A stretch of DNA of 63,577 nucleotides, the filler included, from Rhabdomonas costata (Eukaryota), in the NCBI GenBank assembly GCA_019059605.1. It is 54 parts of 54 records of this genome, joined end to end, with 100 filler letters (N's around TTAATTAATTAA, not from the genome) between each part and the next. Parts side by side here need not be neighbours in the genome. Positions count along the whole stretch, not along the records: positions 1 to 1,079 come from JAHMHO010029710.1; positions 1,180 to 2,258 come from JAHMHO010029711.1; positions 2,359 to 3,437 come from JAHMHO010029712.1; positions 3,538 to 4,616 come from JAHMHO010029713.1; positions 4,717 to 5,795 come from JAHMHO010029714.1; positions 5,896 to 6,975 come from JAHMHO010029715.1; positions 7,076 to 8,154 come from JAHMHO010029716.1; positions 8,255 to 9,333 come from JAHMHO010029717.1; 46 more parts are not named here. One strand, written 5' to 3'. Shown here in pieces: positions 1 through 11,890 of the stretch (position 1 is its first letter; every line of letters starts with the position of its first letter). The position numbers and the translations under genes are program-made. The notes under the pieces are model-generated. The model did not search any database. It was not told the origin of the DNA and saw only the letters and a list, made by a program, of their open reading frames with translations.

Positions 1-879
1 TGTTTTTGTTGTTGTTTTGTTTGTTGTTTGAACTCTTGGAGCAACAGTGTTTGAGGTGCATGCGATGCTGCCACCCTGTCCCTGTACGCACGATGGTGAG
101 GATGAGGAATGAATAGGAACGGACGACTTGGATGGCGCCAACAAGGGAGGACTGTGAAACGACGAGATCGGAAGGCATACCACCTTCTGAAACCCAACTG
201 GTGCTGGAGTGGATTTAGGCTGCTCGTGAGGGCGCTGTGCTGAAAAAGAATGAACAGGTGCGGGGTGTGGAGGCACAGGCTTGGAACCAGCACCATGGCA
301 ATGGCGATGGCGGTTGGATTTCACTCCATCAAAAGCGCCGCCTTCACTGCCATCGCCTCCATCTCCACTGTCCTCGTTACCATCATCTTCGTCCACCGCG
401 CCGTCGCCGCCACTTTCCTTTCGTCCACTTGCCTCGCCGCTGCCGGGGTTATACGCTTCATCGTTCTCCGTGTCGTGAGGGCCGTTGGCGTCCACGAATT
501 CACGGGCTTCCGTTGGCGGCTTGTTCGTCGTCAGCACAAGAACAAACTTTTCTACCACACGGCTCCATTCCTCTTCATCAACCTGAGGAACCATCCACTT
601 CTTCTTGGATGATCTCGCAGCACACCGCTGACAGGCTTGTCCATACAGCACAATGGTAAACTTCGACTTGCCATCCCAGAAGTAAAGTTCCATGCTAACC
701 TCGTAGCTTTTCCAGGTTCGCCCGCAGTCCTCACACAGAAACAGAGCATGGCAGGAGTAATCAAAGCACCCCTTCCGAGCTGGAACAATCGTGCGATGCG
801 AAGTTTTTGTTCTGGCACTGATCTTGTCGAGCACCCATACGGGACACTCAAAAACCATGTTGCGGGGCCACAAAAGGAC
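1..879 (-). CDS. Exon of a 3CxxC zinc-binding domain protein (RTP/ZAR1-type, zf-3CxxC) with an acidic Gly/Asp linker; partial
   Basis: Acceptor ...tacggcAG|GTC at 879 and a frame open towards the contig start (absent from the ORF track). Translation includes ALFLCEDCGRTWKSYEVSMELYFWDGKSKFTIVLYGQACQRC...PQVDEEEWSRVVEKFV...GPHDTENDEAY, which matches the F-x-CxxC-x-R-x-W-x-S ... GQ-x-CxxC pattern. The 3' exon end is uncertain. Confidence 0.75.
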
Positions 880-1079
880 CTGCCGTATCGCAGTAGAAAA
901 AAGGGCAGAAACAACCACTCCACATTCTCAAACAAGCGATACCCGAAGCAAATAGGGAAGCAAGAATTGCGACTCTCTGAGGCAATTCCAAGGCTGTGGA
1001 AAGTCGAAAGTCGATTCCTCCTTCTTGCCAGCAGTTCCGCCCGTACCACCGCTGCCTCGTCGTCTTCGAGCACCCGGCC

Positions 1080-1179
1080 NNNNNNNNNNNNNNNNNNNNN
1101 NNNNNNNNNNNNNNNNNNNNNNNTTAATTAATTAANNNNNNNNNNNNNNNNNNNNNNNNNNNNNNNNNNNNNNNNNNNN
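1080..1179. other. Artificial contig-joining spacer (44 N + TTAATTAATTAA + 44 N); first of 53 copies, spaced about every 1179 bp
   Basis: Identical 100-nt block recurs between all fragments. TTAATTAATTAA gives stops in all six frames. Contigs are nearly all 1078-1080 bp, i.e. a size-sorted draft assembly. Confidence 0.99.
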
Positions 1180-1370
1180 CCCGCCCTCTCTCCTTTCCCC
1201 TCCTCTTTCTAATCACCCCTCCCTCCTCCCCCCTCCTTTTTTTCCCTCCCTTTTCTCTTTACTTTTCCCTCCTTTTCTTCCCCTCTGCCTACTTTTATGG
1301 CTTCTTTTTTCCCTTTTTTCCCAACTGAAGTTTCCGAAGGCCCCTTTCCTTTTTCTTTTCTTTTCCCTTT
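1180..1370 (+). repeat. Polypyrimidine low-complexity tract
   Basis: About 190 nt almost entirely C/T. Confidence 0.8.
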
Positions 1371-1526
1371 ACTCCGTAACTCCTGTGTACTGGAGTCTTG
1401 TTGTGTTGCTGTGGGTGTGCATTCGAGGCTGACTTGGGTTCTGCAGTCATTTCCTGTGTGCTTAGGCTGGTTTTGTTTCTTGTGCCTGGCTGCTTTTGCT
1501 TACACTCTCTCGGCCTGCCACGCAGC

Positions 1527-2258
1527 CCTTCCTGAAGCCCGTGCGCAGCGTGCGGCGGCCCGTGGCCCCCTCAGAAGTGTTGCGGCTGGTCCTGGAGCAG
1601 TCGTCAGGGCGCCTGGATCACCTCCAGCCTGTGCTGGCCGGGCTGGAGAAGGAGGAGGCCGCGCGGGCCTTCCACCGTGGTGCCCCTACCGATGAGGCCC
1701 GTGCCCGACCCCCCGTTCCCTTGCTTGTACGAGTGTGTGAGAGATTCGACGTGAATTATAAACTGCAGGGGTGGCCCTGTTCACTGGCTATGGCGCAAGT
1801 TGAATGCAAGATAGCTTTTTGCTTTCACTTCTCCATTCTTCTCACCCTTCTCACTCTTCGTCGGGGACGACGACTGATGAGCAATGATGGAGAGGATAAG
1901 AGACTGCCTTCAAGTCAATTATACAGCCACCACCGGAAAAGCAAGTCAAGTCAACAATGCCCGATTATGAATGGCCTGCGATACTTTCGAGGATTTCCAG
2001 GATATACTCAGATTTTGCCTGTTGTCACACCTGCCTCCCGCCATTTTGCAGTGCACTACGATCTTTCCAGTCCACGTGACATACATACGGACTTCTTGGG
2101 AGTGTAAACGTCCTGCTTCCTTTTCCTTGCAGTATTCCTCGGAGGCCTTAGAGCCTCGCCTGGCGGCCACCGCGATGGCGGCCTCTCCGTTGCAGCATGA
2201 GGACCCCTGTGAGGACCAGACCGCGCTGCTGGGGCTTTCGGTGACCCGCAGAGCGCCG
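1527..2258 (+). CDS. Hypothetical protein, two probable exons (about 1527-1696 and 2133-2258)
   Basis: Pyrimidine-rich acceptors (cacgcAG|CCC, ccttgcAG|TAT) and GC3-rich frames PFLKPVRSV...GAPTDE and YSSEALEPRLAA. The donor is probably GC (GAG|gcccgt). No family recognised. Confidence 0.45.
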
Positions 2259-2475
2259 NNNNNNNNNNNNNNNNNNNNNNNNNNNNNNNNNNNNNNNNNN
2301 NNTTAATTAATTAANNNNNNNNNNNNNNNNNNNNNNNNNNNNNNNNNNNNNNNNNNNNGGGTGTGGGTGCCAACACCGGTGGCAACGATCAAAAAAATCA
2401 GGAGCTAAGCCCGAGAGCTCGAGGTCGAGAGTCAGAGTGCACCCGGTGAGAGAAAGAAAACAAAAGCGAGAAGAC

Positions 2476-2574
2476 CTCGTCCATCCAAAAGGGAAGGTCA
2501 GGGGAGCCACTTTCCTCGGAAGCCTCGATGATGATGAAGATCCGACCGTGAGGGATGCCCAAGCTTTGCAGAGC
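2476..2574 (-). CDS. Exon of an M20/M25/M40 (ArgE/DapE-like) metallopeptidase
   Basis: ccAG|GCT...GAG|GT, 99 nt. ALQSLGIPHGRIFIIIEASEESGSPDLPFWMDE contains the M20 catalytic E-x-x-EE-x-GS motif. Confidence 0.8.
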
Positions 2575-3663
2575 CTGGAATGAGTCAACACAAAACAAGC
2601 GTGGGTAACCAGTGCCTATGAACAAGCAATGCATTTCTATCTATCTTCACGCAAACACTCTCTGAACTTTTAAACACTCCAAGAACCAATGTTCACATGG
2701 CGTCGCCACAAGACGCGTTGTGGATTGATTTAGCTGCGATGGAAGCCATTTTTTTGACACCGAAGTAGACGGATATTCACACCACAAGGGGTTGAAAGGA
2801 GTCCAAGCTGGGTCTGGAGTGCGAAAGAGGTATTGCTTGTTTGTTGTCCGTTTGTTTTGTCTATTTCCTGTCTTTCTTTTCTTTTTGCTTTTGCGCTTCA
2901 CTGAACTAGCTACTCTAATTCATCATCATTAAGCGCACCCCCCCCCCATCTGCCCCAATCTGCACAGAGTCCCTCGCAGTCCCCATTTTTGCTTGCACGC
3001 ACTTTTCCACTGCTATTGCTGTAAATTATTGCCCTTTCCCCTCGTCCAAACAGTTAACATAGCTGTTGATTCCGATGATTGTTGTTTGTCCAAGGCTGTA
3101 TTCCACGCCCTTGAATTGCCGTCCACGTCTGATGCTGGGAAGGAGGTGGCATCCTTACCCGAGGTTGGCCAACCAGTGGGAAAGGGAGTATCCCTTCTTG
3201 AGCCCTGCAAGTTGAAATCAACGTCATGCTGCGGTATTCAGCATTCCGTCGCTCTCAGAGACAACTCCTTCCACTGTCCGTTTGGCATCGCAAAAAAAGT
3301 AATACATGGCGCCCAAACCGACCAACCCGAAACATGAAGTCGCAGCCTTCCTAACCTTACAATATTACTCTCACCTCACAGTAGTTACACAGTAACTCTC
3401 TCTTGGGCTGGACCTCCCAGTTCGATTCAAAAAAACANNNNNNNNNNNNNNNNNNNNNNNNNNNNNNNNNNNNNNNNNNNNTTAATTAATTAANNNNNNN
3501 NNNNNNNNNNNNNNNNNNNNNNNNNNNNNNNNNNNNNTGTGTTGGGTGTGGTGGGGGTGTGGGGGGAGAGCTGGGAGAGCTGGGCCTTTTCATGGGCCTC
3601 CCAGCACGCGTCCACAAGAGACGGTGTGTGTGTGTGTGTGTGTGCAAGCGTGTAAATAATTGC

Positions 3664-4405
3664 CTTCGTGAGAAAGTCCTGCTCATCGGTCCATGAAGAG
3701 ACGTTGTAGAGCTGCCGCAGCACCGTCGGGTCCACACGAGCCAGCAGCACAGCAACGGGCGCAATGGGATCGGCTAGGGTCTCGACCTGAAGTCACCAAA
3801 ACAACAAACAGAAGTTAGGCTTTAGGTTGCATATCCCTTGGATATACCTTGAGGAAATACTTATGAGAGGGGCGCGTTGAAGGCAGACACCGGTCCGCAT
3901 AAACAGACACGTACCTTCACGGCATTCCGCAGCGCGACCTCCGCGGGGTTAGAGGACGTCGAGAACACGATCCCGGGGCAGTCCATGATGGTGATGTGCG
4001 AGTTGAGGTGAATCTTTGAGGTGGACAGTCGGGGATTCGCAAACCACATTGTTCAGGGACAAAAAAAGGAAATGCCGCAAGTACACTTTCCGTGGAAAAA
4101 CAGATGCGGATGAGCCTTCGCGGCCCACTGGAGATGTGCCTTCATGCATGATGGGGTTCTTCGCTGCGTGGAGTAATTGCGCCTTCAGTCAACACGACAG
4201 AGAACCAGATGCAGCAAAGCAAAGAGGATTTCATGGAGCAAAGGGGCCATTGCAACAAACAGCAGAGGTGAGAAAATGCAGAGCGGCGTGGTGGGAAGAC
4301 CCACCTCGCTGGCGACTTTGGTGAAGCCCGGGGTGTTGCCCACAGCAACCACGGCCTGGCGCTTCAGGGCGTTGATGACGCTGGACTTGCCCACGTTGGG
4401 GTAGC
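3664..4405 (-). CDS. Circularly permuted YlqF/YawG GTPase, nucleostemin/GNL3/Nug1-like; three exons 4405-4305, 4013-3915, 3786-3664
   Basis: Spliced: GYPNVGKSSVINALKRQAVVAVGNTPGFTKVASE|IHLNSHITIMDCPGIVF...ALRNAVK|VETLADPIAPV...DFLTK. G1 (GxPNVGKSS), G2 (TPGxT) and G3 (DCPG) are present. The last donor is GC. Confidence 0.9.
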
Positions 4406-7075
4406 CTTGGAGGGGAACCACCGCGGCATCCCCACCCCCACCCCACCAGTGAAAAAACTATGAAACTATGGATCGAAATTGGCTTCTCTCATCAGCAATA
4501 TATTGCCAGTTGCTCTCGCGTCAATGGTGAACTGGTTCTGGCCAATTGCACACGTTGGATGCAAGGAGGGAGTTTGAGGACGGTGTATTCCAACGTGTGC
4601 AATTGGCCAAAACCACNNNNNNNNNNNNNNNNNNNNNNNNNNNNNNNNNNNNNNNNNNNNTTAATTAATTAANNNNNNNNNNNNNNNNNNNNNNNNNNNN
4701 NNNNNNNNNNNNNNNNGGTTTGGTGGCAATCTGCCCTACCCATGACATCCACAGCACCGAACCCAGAACTGATCTTTGCGAAGCCTATCCCCTGTTTGCT
4801 TTTCTGGCTGGCGAAAGATCAGTTCTGGGTTCGGTGCTGTGGATGTCATGGGTAGGGCAGATTGCCACCTTACCTCACTGCATAAAATACATATTGTGCT
4901 GTAATTCTGAGAACGGCCCTGTGATCTGAAGTAGGTGACTCATTCTCGGAAAATCAAAGTAGACACATACTGGGGTGCGCATGGCAGTGTTGGACCTTTT
5001 GTGGAGTGTGCCCCTTTCTTTAATCTTTTCTGCCCTTTCCCCGACAGCGATGTTTCGGCGTATTTTTTCTTAAGCGTTCTCAGCATCCTTTGCCTGTTTT
5101 GTTTGTTTTGGCATGTGCCTTCTGCAATAAGATGGCTTTGTCTGCAACAAGTCAAAGGTATTTTCTGTGTTCGCGCGCGCAATTTAGGTTGAACCTTAGC
5201 CAAGTTGCCGAGGGATGATCTGCACCCCCTGAAGAGGGAAAGAGGGAGTGGGAGAAACATTTGAAAGCCCTCGCTCACCCAAAATGTGCGTTTTGTTCGT
5301 GTGCTCGGTAGTTATTGGTAAGACCACGAATCGATCTCTGAGGTTTTTTCGCCTGGCAACTTTCGTCTTGTTGAGTTCGGGATGTTTTCTTCTGCGTGAA
5401 GTTTAAGTATGAGATTTGATTAGGTAAGCGCTACAAGCGCTCCAAAACTGCTTCAAATAAGTCAATAATGTTTTGAATAGGACGTGCTGGGGGCTTCCAT
5501 ACCGGGCCCGGGGGAATTGAGCCTCGGAGGAACACCTGCACGCTACTGTGGCAGAGGGCTCCGCTATAAAGTAACTCTATACAGTATGCCCCCAAGCAAA
5601 CTCCAAACCATGGCCCATTTAAGCCCCTGTGCAAACCTTGTAGTGGAATTGGAAGGCTTCTTTACCTTTACAGACCCTCGCAGGCAACTGTCCAAGACAC
5701 ACATGCAAGCTGCCCGCTAAGCAAAAGCACGCATGTGTGTCTTGGACAGTTTCCTGCGAGGGTCTGTAAAGGTAAAGAAGCCTTCCAATTCCACCNNNNN
5801 NNNNNNNNNNNNNNNNNNNNNNNNNNNNNNNNNNNNNNNTTAATTAATTAANNNNNNNNNNNNNNNNNNNNNNNNNNNNNNNNNNNNNNNNNNNNGGTTT
5901 TTGGTCTAGTTAGCGCTATGGAGGCAAATTGCGTTCTATATGGCGTGCCGGCTTTCGAATGCACGCACGATTTTAGGTAGGTTTACCGACCGGACACCGT
6001 TTCTATGGCTGTGTGAACCAATTCCCCAAGGTTGGTTGGGTGTCAGTGTCAAGCCAATGTCTCCCCGTACTTGTCCCGTCTATATTTACTGTTATTGACA
6101 CTTTGGTTGGGTTACTTTGCTTTTATTTCACTGCTGGTGGCAGTGTGATCGCCCGAAAGGTGCAGAAAGGTTCTTCTGGAGCGGAGGTTTTGTCATGTTC
6201 ACAGCCCATGAAATGAAGAAAAACTTCACCACGACCTCGATGTGCCTGCTCAACAACCTCTTCGGTGGTGTCCACCCATGATGCCCACCAATCCTTCCCC
6301 ACTCGCCCTACCCCACGTCCGAACTGGGGACCTGGGAGGCTCTTCGGCTTCGGCCCTCAGCAGAGGAATTGCGAGAGTTTGATGAACCTAAAAATACACA
6401 GCCGCCCTTTCGATCAACTAGGAGAACACAACCGAATAATTTGTAACCTGGTATGGTCTCGTAACGGTTTTTACGTCCCTTTGCTCGCGTGCGCGTAGGC
6501 ATACAAAATTCGGTTAGTTAAGCTCGTTGTCCTGAGCGATGTCTGTGTGTGCGTGTGTGTGTATTTGTTTGTGTGTGTTTCTGCGTGTGTGATGGGCGCA
6601 TTGCGCGCTGGTTGTTGCATGGTGCACTGGTTGACTAGTTGGTGGTGACCACTGGGGACTGACTGGCGCACGCGCTGTTGACCACTGGTGCTCGCGAGAG
6701 GTGCCGTTGGAGCGAACGGTGCCGTGTGGAACCAAAATCGGCTCACCACCGAACGTTCAACATCTGGTAACATCCATTTTGCCCCACGGGTCCCGGGCCA
6801 TTGTCGCGCAGCTGCTCTGTACCGGAGGCTCAGCGGAAGAGGTCAGGAATAGACCGTACCGCAAAGAATGAGCGAAGTACTGGCACGGAGACGCCTGCAG
6901 ATACAGGTGCTTCCCGTTTACCCATCCGAAAGAAAATCTCCAAGGGCCGTTCCCTCGAGAAAAGACCCCAGCCCANNNNNNNNNNNNNNNNNNNNNNNNN
7001 NNNNNNNNNNNNNNNNNNNTTAATTAATTAANNNNNNNNNNNNNNNNNNNNNNNNNNNNNNNNNNNNNNNNNNNN

Positions 7076-8150
7076 CCATCTCCGAGGATTTGCTCTCGCC
7101 AAGCTGGGGATCAACTGAGGCTGCGGAAACTCTTTCGGTTGTATCATCTGATGGGCCAGCCCCACACCACTTACATTGTGAAGAGCAAAATTCTCTCGAA
7201 GAAGCACCTGCGTGCCAGTGTGACATCCCGTGCCCAGCCGCCGCGCTTCTTCAGAGCTGGGCTTCCCCTACAGTGCTTGGCGAGCTCGAGCGTGGTGGGA
7301 GTGTCAGCGCTACAGCTGCGGTGATGGACTTCAACGCGGCGGCTGTATCGCAATGCTCACGAGAGGGAGTGGGGCTGGAGGGGGTTGGAGCGATCCCCTC
7401 CTGCGACGATCACCATGAGGCGTCTGCTGCGGGAGAGCATCACGTGGGCAGTGAAGCGAAAAACCAGTGGCCTGAGGGAACGCTTGTGATGCGTTGGATC
7501 GATGACTTCCTGGTGCGCTTGGCAGCTCTTTTCTTTTCCTTTTCGTCGTTTTGTGGACATTATCAGGTTTGGTGTTCTTCTTTGATGCCCTTCCCTTCCA
7601 CAACCCCCGAGTAACTTCACTTGACACAGCTCAGGCCTCATCTTGTCCACCTTGAGACTGACCTCCCCCCCCCCCAACTTTTTCCGGGCCACAGAAAGGG
7701 CTGCACATTTGGGGAGTGGGTGCGCGTAGCAAGTGTTCTTGTCAGGACGGTGCCAGGACCTTGTATTCTGCCTCAAATTCGCCTCCTTTGTCCCCCTAAT
7801 GCTCCAAATCAGATGAACTGCTGTAATGCAGCCGGTGTCAGGGTCAGCCCCCTTCTCACGGACAGGTCATCTCGGTGTTCCCCAAAGTTGTGCGGCAGTT
7901 CCTCGACACGATGGCTTCCGGTGTGCCGGAGTACGGCCTGAGGGCCAACCCGACCAAGCTGCAGGCTTACTTTGGCCGTTCCAGTACCACACCAAACAGC
8001 AGCAGCAGCGGCAGTGCCCCCGCTCCTGTTGGCAAGGCCCGGGCCCGTGGCCAGCCAGCAGTGGTGCGGTGGTGTGGGCTTTGCGTGGACTGCCACACCG
8101 CTGAGGTCTCCGTGGACTGGGGCCGCCACGCCCGCGCCGCCTCTGTGCCA
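7076..8150 (+). CDS. TERT: Telomerase reverse transcriptase, RT motifs C-D-E; exons about 7076-7512 and 7866-8150
   Basis: LVMRWIDDFL|GT...AG|VISVFPKVVRQFLDTMASGVPEYGLRANPTK...VVRWCGLCVD. Motif C (DDFL), TERT-type motif D (GVPEYG...N..K) and motif E (WCG) are joined in frame by a phase-0 intron at 7513-7865. Confidence 0.9.
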
Positions 8151-9528
8151 AACANNNNNNNNNNNNNNNNNNNNNNNNNNNNNNNNNNNNNNNNNNNNTT
8201 AATTAATTAANNNNNNNNNNNNNNNNNNNNNNNNNNNNNNNNNNNNNNNNNNNNAGGGGGTGGTGAAGGAGGCTAAAGAGTTTAATGAGCGAGGTGAATT
8301 CACCACAGAAACTGGCATCGTTTATAATTACGGCATCTGAAAGCCCACCAAGGGCAATCTCCGGTTCATTGACGGCACAATGTCAGGCCCGAGACACCGA
8401 GACGCTGCCAGCAAGCCAGCTGGCCATCCTCGGCAACCCCTTTACGAGGCCCATAAGGTCATTTTGTGGATCCTCCAGCACATCGAGGAAGCCCTGCGGG
8501 AGAAGGATAAGATCCGCCAGTTGGAGGAGTGAATCAAAGCGTTTTGGGGCATCGACAGCATGAACGCCTTTACCCGTATGGTCCGATCCAATACCGATGT
8601 TGTTATCGAGAACGGGAAAGAGACGGTGGATTTTTGCACAATGTACACATCCTTCCCGTTCCGTTCGTTGATAGATCGGACCATTGAAGTGTCCCGCTGT
8701 CCATCTACTCTGCCCCTCTGTGTTTTCCGCTTGGGTTTGCGCTGCTAGCCGGGGCCTTGCGCTTCTGCGTACTGCCTTGAACCCTGGAAAACGTTTGGGT
8801 TAAAGTTCCTTCTGACATTGGTGTTTAGTGCGTACCCTGACGGGTTTCATAGTGTTTGCCGATTTTTCACTCCGCTGGTTGGCAGTAGGACTATGCCCGG
8901 ACGCACCTGACGATCTACTTGGCGAACCAGAACTTTGCCAGTCTTGTTTCCACCAATCCAGCACCTTGGTGGTGGCCCATAGTCAAAACGGGGTTGGCTC
9001 ATAGTAAAAACGTGGTTGGCCCATCTGACCCCGCCATGATCCCGCCCGGCTCAAAGCAAATTCGCAAAAAAAAAGGGCTGCACCTCCGCGCCACTAACTG
9101 TGCAGCACAAGCACGGGCGCGGCGCGCAGCGTGAATGGGCTCCGTAAAGAAAGGAGAGTCCATGTTTACCGCCTGATGAAATGCGATGGATGGGGACCAC
9201 TACCAGCGTAAATCCGCAATTGCGACCAACCGATTTTTTGACCCTTACATGGTACTGCCGCTGCGGGCATCGAAAAGGTCCTAAATTAGGCCCTAAATCG
9301 GCGTTTTTAGTGTCAAGATGGTCAATTGAACCANNNNNNNNNNNNNNNNNNNNNNNNNNNNNNNNNNNNNNNNNNNNTTAATTAATTAANNNNNNNNNNN
9401 NNNNNNNNNNNNNNNNNNNNNNNNNNNNNNNNNTTTGGTCCTTCCGCAAGAAGGTGTGAAAATCTGCGTTGAAGTGCAGGTGAGTGGGTGGGGGCGGGTT
9501 GGTGTGTGTGTGTGTTCTTTTCTCACAG

Positions 9529-9638
9529 TCATGCTGATGGCACAAGCTCGCTCGACTGGTTCACCGGACCGTATTTGTCTGGGCTTACGGGGCACCAGGT
9601 CATTGAAGGCAAAACCATCAGAGTGGAACTCTACAGAG
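9529..9638 (+). CDS. Hypothetical protein exon
   Basis: tctcacAG|T CAT GCT...AGA G|gtaggc; HADGTSSLDWFTGPYLSGLTGHQVIEGKTIRVELYR. Confidence 0.45.
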
Positions 9639-10944
9639 GTAGGCCAATGTGCTGCCCCTCATCTCTCTTTTTTGTGGGCATCCCGCGAAACCACCACGGG
9701 CTGCTAAGTTCTTTAATCTCTCTTCCTGTTCCTATTCGCTGATTAATTTGGGTTTGATGCACAAGGGTTCTTTTGTTGGCTGCCAGGGGCCCGTTGCTGT
9801 CTGCAGGCTTCAGCAGAGCGAGTCATCGTTTTCGTAGTGTGCTGGAGGGGCCGAGGAGGGGAAAGCCCCCCAAAGTGAATGTAGCTATTCGGTGGATGCA
9901 GGGTGAGGTGGGGATACCCGCTGGAGGCTGGCTTCCCTTACTTTGTTTCCAAGTTGTCGATTTCAGAACTCTGGGTTTTAGGCCAACCCATCTCGACCAC
10001 CCCTACATACGGCGGTAGCACCAACAGCAACCGCAGGACGACAGCCAATAACCGGTGACCCCGAGTGACCGGTCCTAACCCCCTTTGCCGCGGGAGAACC
10101 GTCCGTAGAAACCAATGAAGAAAAGATGAAAAGGAAGAAAAGCCTCGCATCACCGCGAGGGAGCCAAAGTGGTGTGAAGGTGGCGCAACCGCGGCAGCGC
10201 GGCCCGTCCAAGAAAGACGAAAAAGGCGACTGCACTTAACAATTGATAACCAGCCCGCCGCCTCTCAGGGCTGAGGGATGTGGCAGCAGCGAGGAAATCA
10301 GGAGGGGTATTCACCCAGGGGCCCTCCGCAAGGGCCGTAAATTGGAATATCCCGGTTGGTGTTGTGGCCCCGTCGTGGTGCGTGGCGTTGGCTCAATCCT
10401 GGTGGCTGCATCTGTTCATGGTGGGTACGCAGGTGGTGGTGACGAGGGGTGGTGTGTACCCACCATGAACAGATGCAGCCACCAGGATTGAGCCAACGCC
10501 ACACACCACAACNNNNNNNNNNNNNNNNNNNNNNNNNNNNNNNNNNNNNNNNNNNNTTAATTAATTAANNNNNNNNNNNNNNNNNNNNNNNNNNNNNNNN
10601 NNNNNNNNNNNNACTTTTTTGGGTCTCTGGAGGGAGTCTGTCACATGACTTCCTTAGACATCGACTGACGGGTGCTCGCGCTGTTGGCCACGGGTGCTGG
10701 CCACGGGTTCCCTAGACAACGTGTGTGTGGGTGGGTGGGTGAGAGTGAGGGACCATATGGATATGTGGATGAGTGAGGTCTGGGTCAGATATTTGGGACT
10801 TGCGGCAGATAGACCCACTGAGAAAAGCAGCGGTGGAAACACGTAACAGCCAACAGGCTGTTCGATATAGTTTGAAGAAAGGAGGACAACACGAAAAAGA
10901 GGTGCGCCCAGGAGGTGAGCGCGCGAGGAACAAACGGGTGGCAC

Positions 10945-11295
10945 CTTGACGGACGGTCCCAGGGGCACCCTCCGGCGCGGCCCGGCACCGCCCTTCTTCC
11001 CTCCCACTCCTCCGGACTTCGTGCTGCCTCCCCCGCCCTTCTTGCTGCTCAGTCCCACGGACCGGGGTGAGCCCGACGCCAGGAAGGCCTCCGGGGCATG
11101 GGGAGAGGGGGCGGGCCCAACTTGAAGCCCAAACCGGGCCTCGTAGTCGTGCTCCGACAGCTGCTCCCCAGTCGTGGGGTCGATGTAGAACACCCGCGAG
11201 GTGGAGGCGAGGTCTGGGGTGCTCGCACCACCCTCCACCCGGCTGGCGCCCACCTCTGCCGGGCGCAAGGACAGCAGCTGGTCCACTGAATCAAC
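10945..11295 (-). CDS. Hypothetical protein exon with a Gly/Lys-rich tail
   Basis: atcAG|GTT...AAG|gtgcca, 351 nt, phase 0-0, GC3-rich (RVFYIDPTTGEQLSEHDYEARF). Confidence 0.6.
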
Positions 11296-11791
11296 CTGAT
11301 CGAATCCAATGTTAGAGGTCAAGGGAAGGAGCAGGACAGCATTTCCTTCGGAAACGCCCGTTTCCTTCCTACCACACAAAGTAGAGTGCCAAAACATCAC
11401 TTATTATTGTTGCTGACAAGGGCTCCAAGGCCTCCAGCAAAATGCACAAAGGTCTTGAGGTGGTCGGGGACGCGAGGGTGCCCCACCAACAGATGGAGTG
11501 CATCAGGAGTCAGGGTTTCAGGGAGGGCGAGGGCACAGAAAGGAAGGCGAACTGCGCCTTTAGGTGTTGAAGTTGTCCCAGCAAGCGAAGCCACTTGCTG
11601 GGACTGTTGGGTCATTTGGGCAATAAGGGTTTGTCCAGGGGAGTTTTAGCGGGGTCCATTGTGTTTGCGTGAATGTGGGAGAGCGGAATGCNNNNNNNNN
11701 NNNNNNNNNNNNNNNNNNNNNNNNNNNNNNNNNNNTTAATTAATTAANNNNNNNNNNNNNNNNNNNNNNNNNNNNNNNNNNNNNNNNNNNN

Positions 11792-11890
11792 GCTGTGCTG
11801 TGCTGTGCTGTGCTGTGCTGTGCTGTGCTGTGCTGTGCTGTGTTGCGATGCGATGCGGTGCGATGCGATGCGATGCGATGCGATGCGATG
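11792..11890 (+). repeat. Compound pentanucleotide microsatellite (GCTGT)n-(GCGAT)n
   Basis: Direct reading. Confidence 0.95.
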
